Source: a virus
Direction: 5' to 3' (one strand)
Virus record (IMG/VR): IMGVR_UViG_3300002334_000292
Length of the DNA stretch: 64,000 bases
The stretch's first letter is position 1. Every line of letters begins with the position of its first letter. Shown here piece after piece: positions 6,479 through 16,360 of the stretch. The position numbers were made by a program, and so were the translations under genes. Under the pieces are notes generated by a model. That model saw only the letters and a list, made by a program, of their open reading frames with translations, was not told the origin of the DNA and made no database searches.

Positions 6479-9165
6479 TAAACTTTCCTTGCTGTGATTG
6501 TTGGGACGCCATTGGCGTCAAATGTTTCGAAGTCGAATACCCATTCGTTGTACAGGGCAGATTCGTCGCCGGGAGTATGCAGTTCAATTTTCTGCACGGT
6601 GTGTTTTGGATAAAAGGTATCGACATCATCTTCAACGTCGATGTACCCACATTCAAGAATATGTTCAACATGATCCATGGCAGCAGCATCGATGCGAAAC
6701 AGATCGGTGAACACTTTGTCTTCGCCACCGCTGATGAATGTTTTGACCTTATGCCAGCCATCATCAATGCCACCGAAGTAAACTTCGATCTTTCCAGTGA
6801 TTTCGAAAGTGTCTGGCGCATCGCCATATCTAACATGCACCGAACAAACACGGCAGTAGTCTTCACCGACATTGTTGTCAGGTCCATTGATATATTCACC
6901 GACCATCCAGCCATTGTCGATGATGCCATGTGCAAAATTGTCTGCTTGCTCGCGCGTTTCGAAGGAGCGCAGATAATCTTTTGGTTCATCTCCGCCAGTA
7001 TCAACGAGAGCCCGGACAGTCGAGTCTCCCTTTTTTAGAAAAAATTCAGTTTCTTTATCCAGAGCAGCTGATTTTGATTTATCACTGATGCCTACTTGAC
7101 CAGTTTCGACCGGCTCAATAAACGTCATGCAGAATCCTGCATATTTCTCGCTTGCTGGTGTGACATCAATTTCAACAACTTCTTGCTGTTCAAGGTCATA
7201 ACCATTTTGCGTAATTGATCGTGCAAAACCCAAAGCATCATCTTGGGTGTCGTGATAATCCTTCACTGTAATATTACCCAAAATCTTGCTTTTGATTACT
7301 GATTTGGTCACCCATACCTCTGCATCATCAGCATCAATGTCTGCTGCCATAGTTTTCTGCAGCGTCTCATTGATGGAGTCGATCAGTTCTTGGCGCAGTT
7401 CATAGAGGTCGCCGCCACCGCCTTCTTTGCCCAGACCAACTTTGATTGATTTGACTTCATCGGTGATGGTTACGTGTGGGCGGATGCCCTCCAGCCAGTT
7501 TCCTTTGCTGTCCAGAAACTGGTAGGTTTTGTCAGATAGGATTGTGGTGCATGTTTTATCGCTGATCATTGCGTCAATAATCTGCCGGGCGTGGTCGGCG
7601 ACGAATCCTTCATACATCTCGGTGAAGAGTTCCTGAGGCCAATTAGGATCGCTCCGCTGGCGCTCGGCTTCTTCGGCAGATAGGCAGCAAGTCGCCATAT
7701 CACTATTGAGTGTCTGCTGCGAGAAATTTTTCATTGGCTTAGGGTAGCGCGCAAAATCTGGAAATGTAACAGCGTTCCAGCTGATGCCTTCACGCACATA
7801 ATCCATCTCTCCGGCGCAGAAGTGTCCGACCTCAAGCTTAGTCGGTTTTATGTTTAGCATCTTTGTTAGCCAAGCATCTGAGTCTTCATTATAAGCACGA
7901 AACTGCTCGGCAGTGATAGGGCACGAAACTGTGACGCCACATTTTGTCTCAATGGTCAGTTCGAAAATCAGATCGGGCGTAACAGATGAAAATATCGCAC
8001 ACCTGGACGGATCAGTCCTTAGTGCCTCTTCTAACGTACAACTCACTGACGATCCAACTATGTCGGAGAGACATTTGATTGGTGGGAGTTCAATATCAAG
8101 TAGTGAGACTGTTTTGTATTCGCTTGGATCGATAGAAGGTTTCTGCCAATCAAACATCCATCCACACAGCAGAGATGCATCGATATCAAGGCAAGGATTT
8201 TTCGCCTTCTTCGCATCAAAGAACCAGCCGCAATCGAGAACATGTTGTGGGAAATAGTCAGCGAACATTTCAATTGCATGACGCTGGTCGGAAGAGAAGC
8301 CTTTGCTCGGCTCATCAAAATTCAAGTTGCTTTTGCTTTTCAATTCAGTTCGGGCAACTGTGCCACCGGCGTCGAATAAGTCCTGCATAGTTTGGAAGCC
8401 GTAGAAGTACATGCTCTTTTCACCATCAACTTCGAACTCGCCGTATCCGAGTACACCGGCTTTGTCATAGAGATCACTGGCGACAAATTTTTCCCAGTCT
8501 TTACCGTCTGCTGGGTGAAGGCCAAAGTGTGGTTCGTATGGAGTGAGTGCTTTTTTGATCTGCCAGATTTGTGCCAGGATTTCAAAGCCCATTGGATCAA
8601 TATCATCCGCTGCAAAAGCTTCGAGGTCTTCAAGCAGATCGAGTGCTTGGTCCCAGTTATCGAGATCGGCGAGATCGTTATTGTTTCGCAGGTCGGCAAT
8701 TACCTGATCGACGAAGCGCGTCAGAAACATTTCCTGTTGTTTAGGCCCGGTAAACGGTTGGATATTTTCCAATAGGTGATTGTAGGCTCTTGATCCAGTA
8801 AACCAACGAGCGGCAAATTCACCCAAAGAGAGATTTTCAGCATTCGGCGTCAGTTGGCGCATAATCAAATAGATATCTGTCATCATTTTTGTTGCATACA
8901 TTGCCTTCTGTTTTGCCGTTACCATTGTAAGCGGATTACGTTTTGGCGAAATGATGTTGAGGTATTTGTTGATAATGTGATTCATGTCTTTACCTTCTTT
9001 CGACTCAGGTGCGTTGATGTAAATGGAAGGAAATTCGTCTCGCCTATGCATAACGTATTTGTACAGAGAGTTCTCGGCAAACGGCGTCAATACGCTTTGG
9101 GTTTTCATCTGTTCGAGAATTGAGGGCATGTAAATATGCCATAGATGTGGTGGGAGCAGCGCCAT
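6478..9165 (-). CDS. large hypothetical protein (895 aa), function not recognised
   Basis: Long ORF with no P-loop or polymerase motifs identifiable by eye. Confidence 0.7.
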   Translation of the reverse strand: MALLPPHLWHIYMPSILEQMKTQSVLTPFAENSLYKYVMHRRDEFPSIYINAPESKEGKDMNHIINKYLNIISPKRNPLTMVTAKQKAMYATKMMTDIYLIMRQLTPNAENLSLGEFAARWFTGSRAYNHLLENIQPFTGPKQQEMFLTRFVDQVIADLRNNNDLADLDNWDQALDLLEDLEAFAADDIDPMGFEILAQIWQIKKALTPYEPHFGLHPADGKDWEKFVASDLYDKAGVLGYGEFEVDGEKSMYFYGFQTMQDLFDAGGTVARTELKSKSNLNFDEPSKGFSSDQRHAIEMFADYFPQHVLDCGWFFDAKKAKNPCLDIDASLLCGWMFDWQKPSIDPSEYKTVSLLDIELPPIKCLSDIVGSSVSCTLEEALRTDPSRCAIFSSVTPDLIFELTIETKCGVTVSCPITAEQFRAYNEDSDAWLTKMLNIKPTKLEVGHFCAGEMDYVREGISWNAVTFPDFARYPKPMKNFSQQTLNSDMATCCLSAEEAERQRSDPNWPQELFTEMYEGFVADHARQIIDAMISDKTCTTILSDKTYQFLDSKGNWLEGIRPHVTITDEVKSIKVGLGKEGGGGDLYELRQELIDSINETLQKTMAADIDADDAEVWVTKSVIKSKILGNITVKDYHDTQDDALGFARSITQNGYDLEQQEVVEIDVTPASEKYAGFCMTFIEPVETGQVGISDKSKSAALDKETEFFLKKGDSTVRALVDTGGDEPKDYLRSFETREQADNFAHGIIDNGWMVGEYINGPDNNVGEDYCRVCSVHVRYGDAPDTFEITGKIEVYFGGIDDGWHKVKTFISGGEDKVFTDLFRIDAAAMDHVEHILECGYIDVEDDVDTFYPKHTVQKIELHTPGDESALYNEWVFDFETFDANGVPTITARKV

Positions 9166-9284
9166 CAGATTACGCCTCGTGCAGAAAGGAAGTGTGCGGC
9201 TACGGCAATTATAGTAAAAGCCAACAGTCCCTTAAATAGAAAATACCAAGGGCTCTCAGGTGGTCGATCATGTTGTGGCGTCAT
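9163..9284 (-). CDS. small membrane protein (~39 aa) overlapping the start of the 895-aa gene (TGATG)
   Basis: GGAG RBS and a hydrophobic core; below the track threshold. Confidence 0.3.
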
Positions 9285-9457
9285 TGTGGCTCCATAGGAA
9301 AACGTTCATTGGACCCTATGTAGGATATTGTGTCAGATGTGTCAATACAATTTAAAAGAAAAAGGCTCGACTAAGGTCACGTTTCGCGCGGGAGGTGGAG
9401 GTTACAGTTTCCCTCTCGCGCATTTCGTAGACTTTAATCAAGCCAAGGTGTCCGGTA

Positions 9458-11188
9458 TTATGTCCGGTTTTTATCTTGCTGATCTCTCACGAGTTTTCCC
9501 TGTAGATTTACCCCGGAATCATTGGAGTTAGGGTCGTTCGGGCTTTTGGTCAATTGCATTTTCTCCGCATTTGCTGCAGCGATTACGGCGGTTTTCTCCG
9601 CTTCTTTGGCCGCTTCTTTGGCTTTTTCTTCCTCCGCCTCGCGATCAAGCTTGGCTTCATCGGTCTCATGTTCGCGAGATTTTTCAGCTTCTTCTACCTG
9701 TTGCTGTGACTTGGCATCAGGGAAACCTTTTGCTTTTGCATCAACATCAGGGTTGTTCGGGAAGGACGCGGTTGATTTAAGAAGTTTCTTAAACTCGGCA
9801 ATTTCCAGCCAGTCAGGGATAACTTCGGCTTTCTTCATGTAATCAAAGAGCACTTCGATTGGAAGGATGCCATCGGCGTACATGCTTTGGATCGCACGGA
9901 ATTCCCGGGCGGCAACCTCTTTTAGCATGAAGTCTTTGTTGAATTCAATCGAAATCTTCATAGCCGCTGTCTTGTTCATGCTATCCCATTCAGCCCAGAG
10001 GCGTAGGATGTCAGTGAACGCTTCGTCAAGGCTCAAAGTCACTTCGAATAGAAGGGCTTGTTCGTTCCGGTCTTTCATGTTGACCTGGTTGTCAGATTCA
10101 GCCGTTGCCTGCACTTCCACACCAATCATGCGTCCCCCGAGGCTGGCGATGTGCCCTTGCTTCGTTTGGATCGCACTCTCCAAGAATTTCAGTCCATGCC
10201 CATTAAATTCCATTAATCCAGCTTTTTCACCGGATGGAAGCTCCCAAACACGGTCAGGCCCCAGTTCATATGTGTTTGTTTGGTCAGCAGAGGCTTTTGA
10301 CGCCCAAAATATAGGGAAGCCAGTGTAATAGCGCCCATGCTCCAGCTGAGCGTATGAGCGGTAGTGGGAAATGTTCATCGCTGCGATATCAAGCATCGGA
10401 GAGCGCTGCATATCCCATGGACCGGCTGTTGGTCCGATGATTTTGAATGGAATTCTTTTAAACTTCACGCCTCGTTTCGTTGGGACCTTCACTTCATCAG
10501 GGTCACCGTCGATATTTGGATATGTGGCTCCTTCTGCGAGCGTGCGATAAACTTCCTGCCTGTAAGTGCCGTTTGAAAGCATCAACACGCGGAATACCAC
10601 CTGATATGTGCGCGTATTGATTTCAGAAGTAGTTTCGATTTCTTCCATCTCCATCAACACGACTTTTGTCAGCTGTTCTCGTCCATTCACCACCTCAGAT
10701 TCCCAGTCGATGATTGATTCAGCAACGTACATGCAGAGATATGGGTCTCCACCATCGCTGGCATCAATCAAAACGCCTACACGTCCCATTTGAAGGACCT
10801 CCCGAGCTACTTCTTGTGTGAAGGAGCGCAGGCTCTGACCTTTTTTGGTGATTACATTGATTTTTTCTTTAAATGTCTTTGGTAGATCGTCGATTACTGG
10901 ATTTCTGCGAAAAATTGTACCCGATAAGGCTCCAACGGTACGCGCGACCATATTGAAGTATGTGGCGTTCTCGTTGTAGAGGGTGTATTGCTCGCTATCC
11001 ATGCCAGCCATTGCCGGTAGAAGCTCGATACCACGTTCTTTCACTGCGCGCTCGCCTTCGTAGGCATTGCGGATCATGCGCCAATCATCTTCGTAGTAGT
11101 GCACGTCTGGATGGGCCCAAGTCGGATAAGACGTGATGAGTGCTTCAATTTTAGCTTTTTTGTTGCCTGAGGGTGAGTATAGCGCCAT
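9458..11188 (-). CDS. hypothetical 576-aa protein with highly charged coiled-coil C-terminus (portal protein is one possibility, unsupported)
   Basis: Long ORF; C-terminal 100 aa is E/K/A-rich. Confidence 0.65.
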   Translation of the reverse strand: MALYSPSGNKKAKIEALITSYPTWAHPDVHYYEDDWRMIRNAYEGERAVKERGIELLPAMAGMDSEQYTLYNENATYFNMVARTVGALSGTIFRRNPVIDDLPKTFKEKINVITKKGQSLRSFTQEVAREVLQMGRVGVLIDASDGGDPYLCMYVAESIIDWESEVVNGREQLTKVVLMEMEEIETTSEINTRTYQVVFRVLMLSNGTYRQEVYRTLAEGATYPNIDGDPDEVKVPTKRGVKFKRIPFKIIGPTAGPWDMQRSPMLDIAAMNISHYRSYAQLEHGRYYTGFPIFWASKASADQTNTYELGPDRVWELPSGEKAGLMEFNGHGLKFLESAIQTKQGHIASLGGRMIGVEVQATAESDNQVNMKDRNEQALLFEVTLSLDEAFTDILRLWAEWDSMNKTAAMKISIEFNKDFMLKEVAAREFRAIQSMYADGILPIEVLFDYMKKAEVIPDWLEIAEFKKLLKSTASFPNNPDVDAKAKGFPDAKSQQQVEEAEKSREHETDEAKLDREAEEEKAKEAAKEAEKTAVIAAANAEKMQLTKSPNDPNSNDSGVNLQGKLVRDQQDKNRT

Positions 11189-11445
11189 TTGTGCGAATCC
11201 ATGTCTATGAATGAGTTAGGCGAATTGTCCATTAACCATAGCGAAAAGTCAAGTTTTTAATATAGTGGCTCAAACAATTTTTATGCAAAATATTTAATTT
11301 TAGAGGTAAGGGGTCGGCGTTTTTAAAGGGGTACTCCCCCCCTGTAGCTACATGAGAAGTGAAACTTTAAAAACTGATTCATTTGTTTTACAGTGAGGGG
11401 CGCGTTAACCATACCCCAGGGGGTACCCCCGCTTGGGTCCCCCGT

Positions 11446-11470
11446 TAACCTTAATAAATAAGGTTAACAA
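11446..11470. promoter_or_regulatory. Palindromic operator-like site GTTAACCTTA-N5-TAAGGTTAAC (copy 1)
   Basis: Perfect 10-bp inverted arms around a 5-bp spacer; same site recurs at 16126 and 17205. Confidence 0.55.
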
Positions 11471-11915
11471 ATGTGGTCAACAAACATGGTTAATTTTGTG
11501 TTAATTTGAGGACGGATGCTGCGTGTATTAGTTAAGATTCATTCCTAATTTTTTATTAATATTTTGGAGGGGGTGGGGGTACTCCCTTATATAAAAATAA
11601 TCATATGGTTAAGGCGTGGCTCATCAATATGTTGATGTGTTCCAGGCTCTGCCCATGTACACGCATGCAGTATGGCGCTCATCTACACATGATGTGCATG
11701 CACATGTGTATGTGCAGCCATGCCCCCTAATAGAGGGCTCATATATGGGCTCATACAACGGGGCTCATATGGGCAGGGTAGCAGGGGCAGGCATGTGCAT
11801 GTGATAGACAATAGCTCTATGCTAATGCGATATCATATATGCAGGGTATCAGGTGAATGTGTGGCTCATAGCCAAGGCTCGCACTATTCCATATATCACA
11901 TGTGCAATGGGACAG

Positions 11916-11948
11916 GCCCGCATATGGTGAGAGTCCATATGCGGGCCT
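11916..11948. repeat. Perfect 13-bp inverted repeat hairpin (GGCCCGCATATGG...CCATATGCGGGCC) in a repeat-rich non-coding region
   Basis: Seen in sequence; followed by tandem GGGCCTATATAGAGGGGTGCT x2 at 11952-11997. Confidence 0.5.
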
Positions 11949-12000
11949 GCCGGGAGGGCCTATATAGAGGGGTGCTATATGGGCCTATATAGAGGGGTGC

Positions 12001-12660
12001 TTATGCGCGCTCCCCTGTATCGTCGAATTCATAAGCGTTCGCAATAATCGACTCTATGATTTGTTCGTCGGAATTTTCGTAATCATAGGCATCTTCAAGG
12101 CGTTTATAAATCCAATCGGCAAAATCGCGCATTAGTTGCCCGACTGATTCGGCGGCATCTTCTAAATCGCGATTTCCCCAAAGGTCAACAGAATCTGACA
12201 AATCAGTTTCGACTGTCATGCAACCAGAATGATAATAATGATTCGAGCTATGGCGCATGGTCGCATTGAGCGAATAGAAAAACTCTTTTTGGACTTCCTG
12301 CAATTCAGTTGCGATTCGGATTAGTTCGGAATCAGTTCCGCCAGTCTCATCTGTTATCGCTTTGATAGCGCCTTTTTTATAGGAATATTCGCCCTCAAAA
12401 CATGCACCATCGCCTTGGCTGGCAAAACCGGAAAAGTAAATAATTGGTTCTTGTCTCGTTTCGCCACTCATTAGCGGAATAGTGTGAGTCGATAATTCAA
12501 TTCCCAATAGAAAGGCCATGCGCGCCGCATCCTCTAGAACATACTCACTGTAGTACATATCGCCAGCGCATGCAGCTCTATACCAGTCAATCGCCTTTTG
12601 CTTTGCAGCGTCTGACAATTCATGATATTTGTAAACCCATTTTGATTTTAATTGTGCCAT
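12001..12660 (-). CDS. acidic hypothetical protein (219 aa)
   Basis: D/E-rich ORF; first gene of a 12-gene minus-strand island of small genes. Confidence 0.6.
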   Translation of the reverse strand: MAQLKSKWVYKYHELSDAAKQKAIDWYRAACAGDMYYSEYVLEDAARMAFLLGIELSTHTIPLMSGETRQEPIIYFSGFASQGDGACFEGEYSYKKGAIKAITDETGGTDSELIRIATELQEVQKEFFYSLNATMRHSSNHYYHSGCMTVETDLSDSVDLWGNRDLEDAAESVGQLMRDFADWIYKRLEDAYDYENSDEQIIESIIANAYEFDDTGERA

Positions 12661-12672
12661 TTTTTGACTCCC

Positions 12673-12870
12673 TTATTTTAGATCAATTGTGTGAACTTGT
12701 GAATCACTGAAATCTTTTGTTTCAATGTCCCGGGCAAACTTAAATAATCCAGCCGCAATTTTTCGCGCCTCTTTTGGCGTCAAGTAAATCGTTTCACCAT
12801 CGCCCAAATAAATAGCAACGGTATTGTGAAAACGATGTAAGCTGCCTCTTGTGAAAGTTGATTTTTGCAT
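12673..12870 (-). CDS. small hypothetical protein
   Basis: 65-aa ORF. Confidence 0.4.
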   Translation of the reverse strand: MQKSTFTRGSLHRFHNTVAIYLGDGETIYLTPKEARKIAAGLFKFARDIETKDFSDSQVHTIDLK

Positions 12871-12881
12871 TAGCTCTACTC

Positions 12882-13436
12882 CTACATAAAATAGATTTGG
12901 CTATCATCGCCCAAATACATATCCACATTGCCCGACTTATTAGCCGCTTCACTAAGCGAGTCGGCGGCATCACTGGCATATGTTTCAATAAAACCACGAT
13001 CCCAAAAGCCTACGCCATGACCGCAACGGGTAAACCAAAAGTCACGCCCTGCTTGCGCTTCGTCATAATCGCCCCAATTGTCTGAACCATTCCATTTTGA
13101 ACCTAAAACCCTATCCAGATTGATTTGGTTTTCTTTCCAAAATTTGTCAGTTTCTTTGATAATATCTTGCAGCGCATTATCAGACAAATTATCAATTCCA
13201 AACGATTCTGGAATTTCGCCACATGACCAGTCACAACCCCATTGAGGGCAATAAGGCAAATCATCATCGCCCGACTCTAGTTCAGTCTCACAATTAGGGC
13301 ATGGATCGCCTTCGCCGTTACCTGCTTCATCTGGTCGCGGAGCAGTGAAGAAAGCGCATTCAATATAACCTTGTGCGAATTCTGACAAATCAGTATATTT
13401 TGATTCCATTACACCATTCAATTGAAATTGTGGCAT
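12882..13436 (-). CDS. acidic Cys-rich hypothetical protein (CPNCE...CPQWGCDWSCGE)
   Basis: 184-aa ORF with a possible metal-binding Cys cluster. Confidence 0.55.
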   Translation of the reverse strand: MPQFQLNGVMESKYTDLSEFAQGYIECAFFTAPRPDEAGNGEGDPCPNCETELESGDDDLPYCPQWGCDWSCGEIPESFGIDNLSDNALQDIIKETDKFWKENQINLDRVLGSKWNGSDNWGDYDEAQAGRDFWFTRCGHGVGFWDRGFIETYASDAADSLSEAANKSGNVDMYLGDDSQIYFM

Positions 13437-13460
13437 GTGATAAACTCCCTATTGATCGAC

Positions 13461-13664
13461 TTACTTAGTCCAGCGAAAATTGCGAGTAAGCGCGCGGTTT
13501 GATTGCATGTTGCGTTTAGTTGCAACACGTCTTGCAGCATCGCTAACAAAAGCATCCATTTCGGCGTTGTGTTCAACAACATTAAACTTTGCAGAAACAT
13601 AATCGATTTTCTGGTTCTTGTCTGTTGTTGTTGTATGCGCTACGATTTTTTTAGTTCCAAACAT
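13461..13664 (-). CDS. small basic hypothetical protein
   Basis: 67-aa ORF preceded by the conserved 5' leader (13685-13725). Confidence 0.5.
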   Translation of the reverse strand: MFGTKKIVAHTTTTDKNQKIDYVSAKFNVVEHNAEMDAFVSDAARRVATKRNMQSNRALTRNFRWTK

Positions 13665-13684
13665 TTTTTTATTCCCTGTTGTTG

Positions 13685-13725
13685 TTCCGATAAGATGAAT
13701 ATAACATTCAAACCTTACCAGAACG
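13685..13725 (-). promoter_or_regulatory. Conserved ~40-bp promoter / 5'-leader element (TTGAATGYTATATTCATCTTATCGGAACAACAA) shared by three genes in the island
   Basis: Near-identical copies at 13685-13725 and 14588-14628, with a degenerate copy at about 14990-15030, each just upstream of a minus-strand start codon. Confidence 0.5.
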
Positions 13726-13748
13726 TTAACAAAGCCAGGTTTTTTATT

Positions 13749-14372
13749 TTATTTTGTCAAAACTTCCAAAGTGCGATTCAATGCATCTTTTCTCATATCT
13801 AAAAGAAACGTCCCTTGATATACGCAATCCATAACCAATTGCGAGAATGTTGCGCCAAGTGGTGAATTGAATTTCTTGTTATCGCTGGACATGCACGGCA
13901 ATTGGTCCAGAATAACCAAAGGCGGAATCAAGCCGCAAATAATAAATGCCGCTGCAATTTCCCATGATAAATCCATACCACCGCCAGAAAGCGCAAGGTA
14001 ATAATCATCGCCTACTTGCACCAATGAAACGCAACCTACTTCATTTGCAAGCTCGGTTGCAATTTCTTCAAGGTCACGATGGTTGCCCGGTAGCTCAATT
14101 TTATAGCTCCAGTATGTTGCTGGATAGTAACCGTCTAGCCATTCGTCATAGGCGGATGTGTTCATAAAACGTTCTGTTGCATCCTCTAGCGTCATGTTTG
14201 ACTCATAATCGCTGAAATGGTCGCCTAAAATATCAGTTGTGATATTTGGCATGATCACGTTGACGCTATGGCGTTGCCAGATATCCGTCCAGTCAACATG
14301 CTCACCACGATTCCAAAAAGAAGTTTTAGCAAGATTGTCCGTTGCGAATGTTTCGAGTCTTGAATCTGTCAT
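13749..14372 (-). CDS. hypothetical protein (207 aa)
   Basis: ORF. Confidence 0.55.
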   Translation of the reverse strand: MTDSRLETFATDNLAKTSFWNRGEHVDWTDIWQRHSVNVIMPNITTDILGDHFSDYESNMTLEDATERFMNTSAYDEWLDGYYPATYWSYKIELPGNHRDLEEIATELANEVGCVSLVQVGDDYYLALSGGGMDLSWEIAAAFIICGLIPPLVILDQLPCMSSDNKKFNSPLGATFSQLVMDCVYQGTFLLDMRKDALNRTLEVLTK

Positions 14373-14385
14373 TTGTTTAGTTCCC

Positions 14386-14568
14386 TTAAAATGATTTGTT
14401 TACAAGATAAACCAGTGTTGCAAGAACACCATCCATTGAATTATTCGGGCCTATTGCCACGATTACCAAAAAGGCAAGAATCACAACTAACGGTTTAAAG
14501 CTTGGCGCTAATTCATGCACTGCTACCAGTACACCAAAAGCGATAAATAGTAAAATTGCTAGTTCCAT
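14386..14568 (-). CDS. small membrane protein (two TM helices; start at internal Met MELAILLF)
   Basis: Hydrophobic ORF preceded by the conserved leader copy. Confidence 0.45.
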   Translation of the reverse strand: MELAILLFIAFGVLVAVHELAPSFKPLVVILAFLVIVAIGPNNSMDGVLATLVYLVNKSF

Positions 14569-14629
14569 AATCTTGCCTCGTTTTGTTGTTCCGATAAGAT
14601 GAATATAGCATTCAAATCTTACCAAAGGG

Positions 14630-14974
14630 TTAAGAAAATAATATTTCTTCACCACCGCCTTTGATACGATGAACTTTATGCATATCAAAGCAACGCATGC
14701 GGTTAAAATCAGTCAAGCCTGTTTCGTTGTTGTGTTCATACAAGTTGTACAGTTGTGGGTTGTTCGCCTTGCGTGTTGCAATCTGGCGTTTGCCTTTCTC
14801 TGTTGCTTTGTCGCCCTTGGCTGCATTCTTGACAGCCTTTGGATTGAAAACCATTGTGCGCATATCGCCATTCTTCTTTTTGAAGAATACGCTCACAAAT
14901 TTTGCGCCTTGCTTATCGATAAAAGAAAGAATTTCGGCGCGCTTGGCGTCCTGTTGTTCTGGTGTCAAAATCAT
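14630..14974 (-). CDS. basic hypothetical protein (114 aa)
   Basis: ORF preceded by a degenerate copy of the conserved leader. Confidence 0.5.
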   Translation of the reverse strand: MILTPEQQDAKRAEILSFIDKQGAKFVSVFFKKKNGDMRTMVFNPKAVKNAAKGDKATEKGKRQIATRKANNPQLYNLYEHNNETGLTDFNRMRCFDMHKVHRIKGGGEEILFS

Positions 14975-15035
14975 AATGTTGTTTCCTGTTGTTGTTTCGA
15001 TGGTTAGAATTTAGCATTGAGGTATTAACAAAAGG

Positions 15036-15215
15036 CTAATGATTAGCCCAATAATGCGCTTTTACCCATGGCCTTGCCGCCTCAATTGATTCAGCTATAT
15101 GAATCACTTTTCCTTTGAATTCGACAACAATATCCATAAACGAATTATGACTCATGCCATAACCACGTTTAAACATTAGTTGATCAAATTCGTGACATTG
15201 TACTTCATTTAACAT
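15036..15215 (-). CDS. small hypothetical protein (59 aa)
   Basis: ORF with GAAGG RBS; just below the track length threshold. Confidence 0.35.
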   Translation of the reverse strand: MLNEVQCHEFDQLMFKRGYGMSHNSFMDIVVEFKGKVIHIAESIEAARPWVKAHYWANH

Positions 15216-15218
15216 GAA

Positions 15219-15419
15219 TTAGCCTTCTACTTTAAAATGCTGTTTCGGTTCTTGCGCATCTGACTTTGTTTTCTCGCCTCCCGAAGGCGCGCCAGTGATA
15301 CAAATTGTATAGCCTTCAATTGTCTTGAAGTGAAATACACATTTATGCGAATTGATAGACGAATCGGCAAGCGCAACACTTGGCGCAATTACTAGTAGTG
15401 CAATTAAAAGATTTCTCAT
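15219..15419 (-). CDS. small secreted protein (signal peptide MRNLLIALLVIAPSVALA)
   Basis: ORF; 4-nt overlaps link this and the next two genes. Confidence 0.5.
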   Translation of the reverse strand: MRNLLIALLVIAPSVALADSSINSHKCVFHFKTIEGYTICITGAPSGGEKTKSDAQEPKQHFKVEG

Positions 15420-15619
15420 GTTGTTTTCTTTAGGTTTGGGTTTCTAAATAGACGCCCGGCAATGAAACCGGATTCGTAGTCTGCAATCTGGTATTTGTTC
15501 CAAGTGTCTGGAATGTCATACCACGATGTTTTTAAGGCTAGTTTATAGCCTCGCATATATAATTTATTTCCCACATTTGCAGGATCAAAATCTCTTGATA
15601 ATTTGCAGGAGTCATTCAT
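15416..15619 (-). CDS. small hypothetical protein
   Basis: ORF with ATGA overlaps on both sides. Confidence 0.45.
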   Translation of the reverse strand: MNDSCKLSRDFDPANVGNKLYMRGYKLALKTSWYDIPDTWNKYQIADYESGFIAGRLFRNPNLKKTT

Positions 15620-15864
15620 ACCCTTGACTCCCTTGCATCAGCAAAACCTAAACGGTAAAGCGTTTTTTCCTCCGGGTTGTATAAATGACTCGGGCTTGAA
15701 AGTTTATCCCATGCATAGCCCTTGTTAAAGCCTTCCATATAGAAACGGCTATCGCAATAATCTGGGTTCATGCATTCTTCTGCTGGTCTAATTCGTCGTT
15801 TCATGTTCACATCCAGGTTTTGTTTCGTTGCATTATACATAGTCGTTATTTTCTTAGAACACAA
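15616..15864 (-). CDS. small Cys-containing hypothetical protein
   Basis: ORF. Confidence 0.45.
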   Translation of the reverse strand: MCSKKITTMYNATKQNLDVNMKRRIRPAEECMNPDYCDSRFYMEGFNKGYAWDKLSSPSHLYNPEEKTLYRLGFADARESRV

Positions 15865-15920
15865 GCCGATTCGTTTTAGTTGGTTTATAGAGCGTTAATG
15901 TTCAGAAAAAATTTTACCTA

Positions 15921-16077
15921 GCACATAAAAGTTGCGTGTGAATTTTTTCGAGTGCATAAAAGTTGCGTGTGAATTTTTTCGAATACATAAAAGTTGCGTG
16001 TGAATTTTTTGCCGGTTCAAAATTTTCGTGTGGAAATTTTCCACTCACATAAAAATCGGTCTGTCAATTTTTCGACC
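15921..16077. repeat. Iteron-like tandem repeats: three ~32-bp copies (CATAAAAGTTGCGTGTGAATTTTTTCGA) plus degenerate copies
   Basis: 15921-15953, 15954-15985 and 15986-16015 nearly identical; a degenerate copy at 16046-16077. Confidence 0.65.
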
Positions 16078-16099
16078 AACAAAATTTTGGTATGGTTAA

Positions 16100-16360
16100 T
16101 TTTCCGTTAACGTAATTTCACACGTTAACCTTAATTCGTAAGGTTAACAAATGTTTAATTTTGCAAAACGTTAACCTTAATAATTATGATGAACATTGGT
16201 TAACGATTGACAACAAATCGTTTCCAGACTAAGTTAACAAAAGATGAAATTCACATTTCGTTAACCTTAACGAATCGTTAACTGGTTAACGTTAAGATTT
16301 TGTTAACCACGTTTTTTAACGATTTGTTAACCATCTTTTTTCACCAAGTCCGTTAACCAT
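16100..16360. repeat. Dense array of ~12 GTTAAC(C) motifs, including the palindromic operator GTTAACCTTA-N5-TAAGGTTAAC at 16126-16150
   Basis: Irregular spacing of 10-30 bp; not CRISPR-like. Confidence 0.6.

Noticed and set aside
11616-11992. Track ORFs (+) of 62 and 90 aa rich in His/Met/Gly
   Set aside because: They fall entirely within CATATG/GCATGTG low-complexity repeats and have no RBS; artefacts of repetitive DNA.
16100-16360. Possible CRISPR array, considered because of the many repeated GTTAAC motifs
   Set aside because: The repeats are only 6-10 bp, irregularly spaced and partly palindromic, with no uniform repeat-spacer structure and no cas genes nearby.
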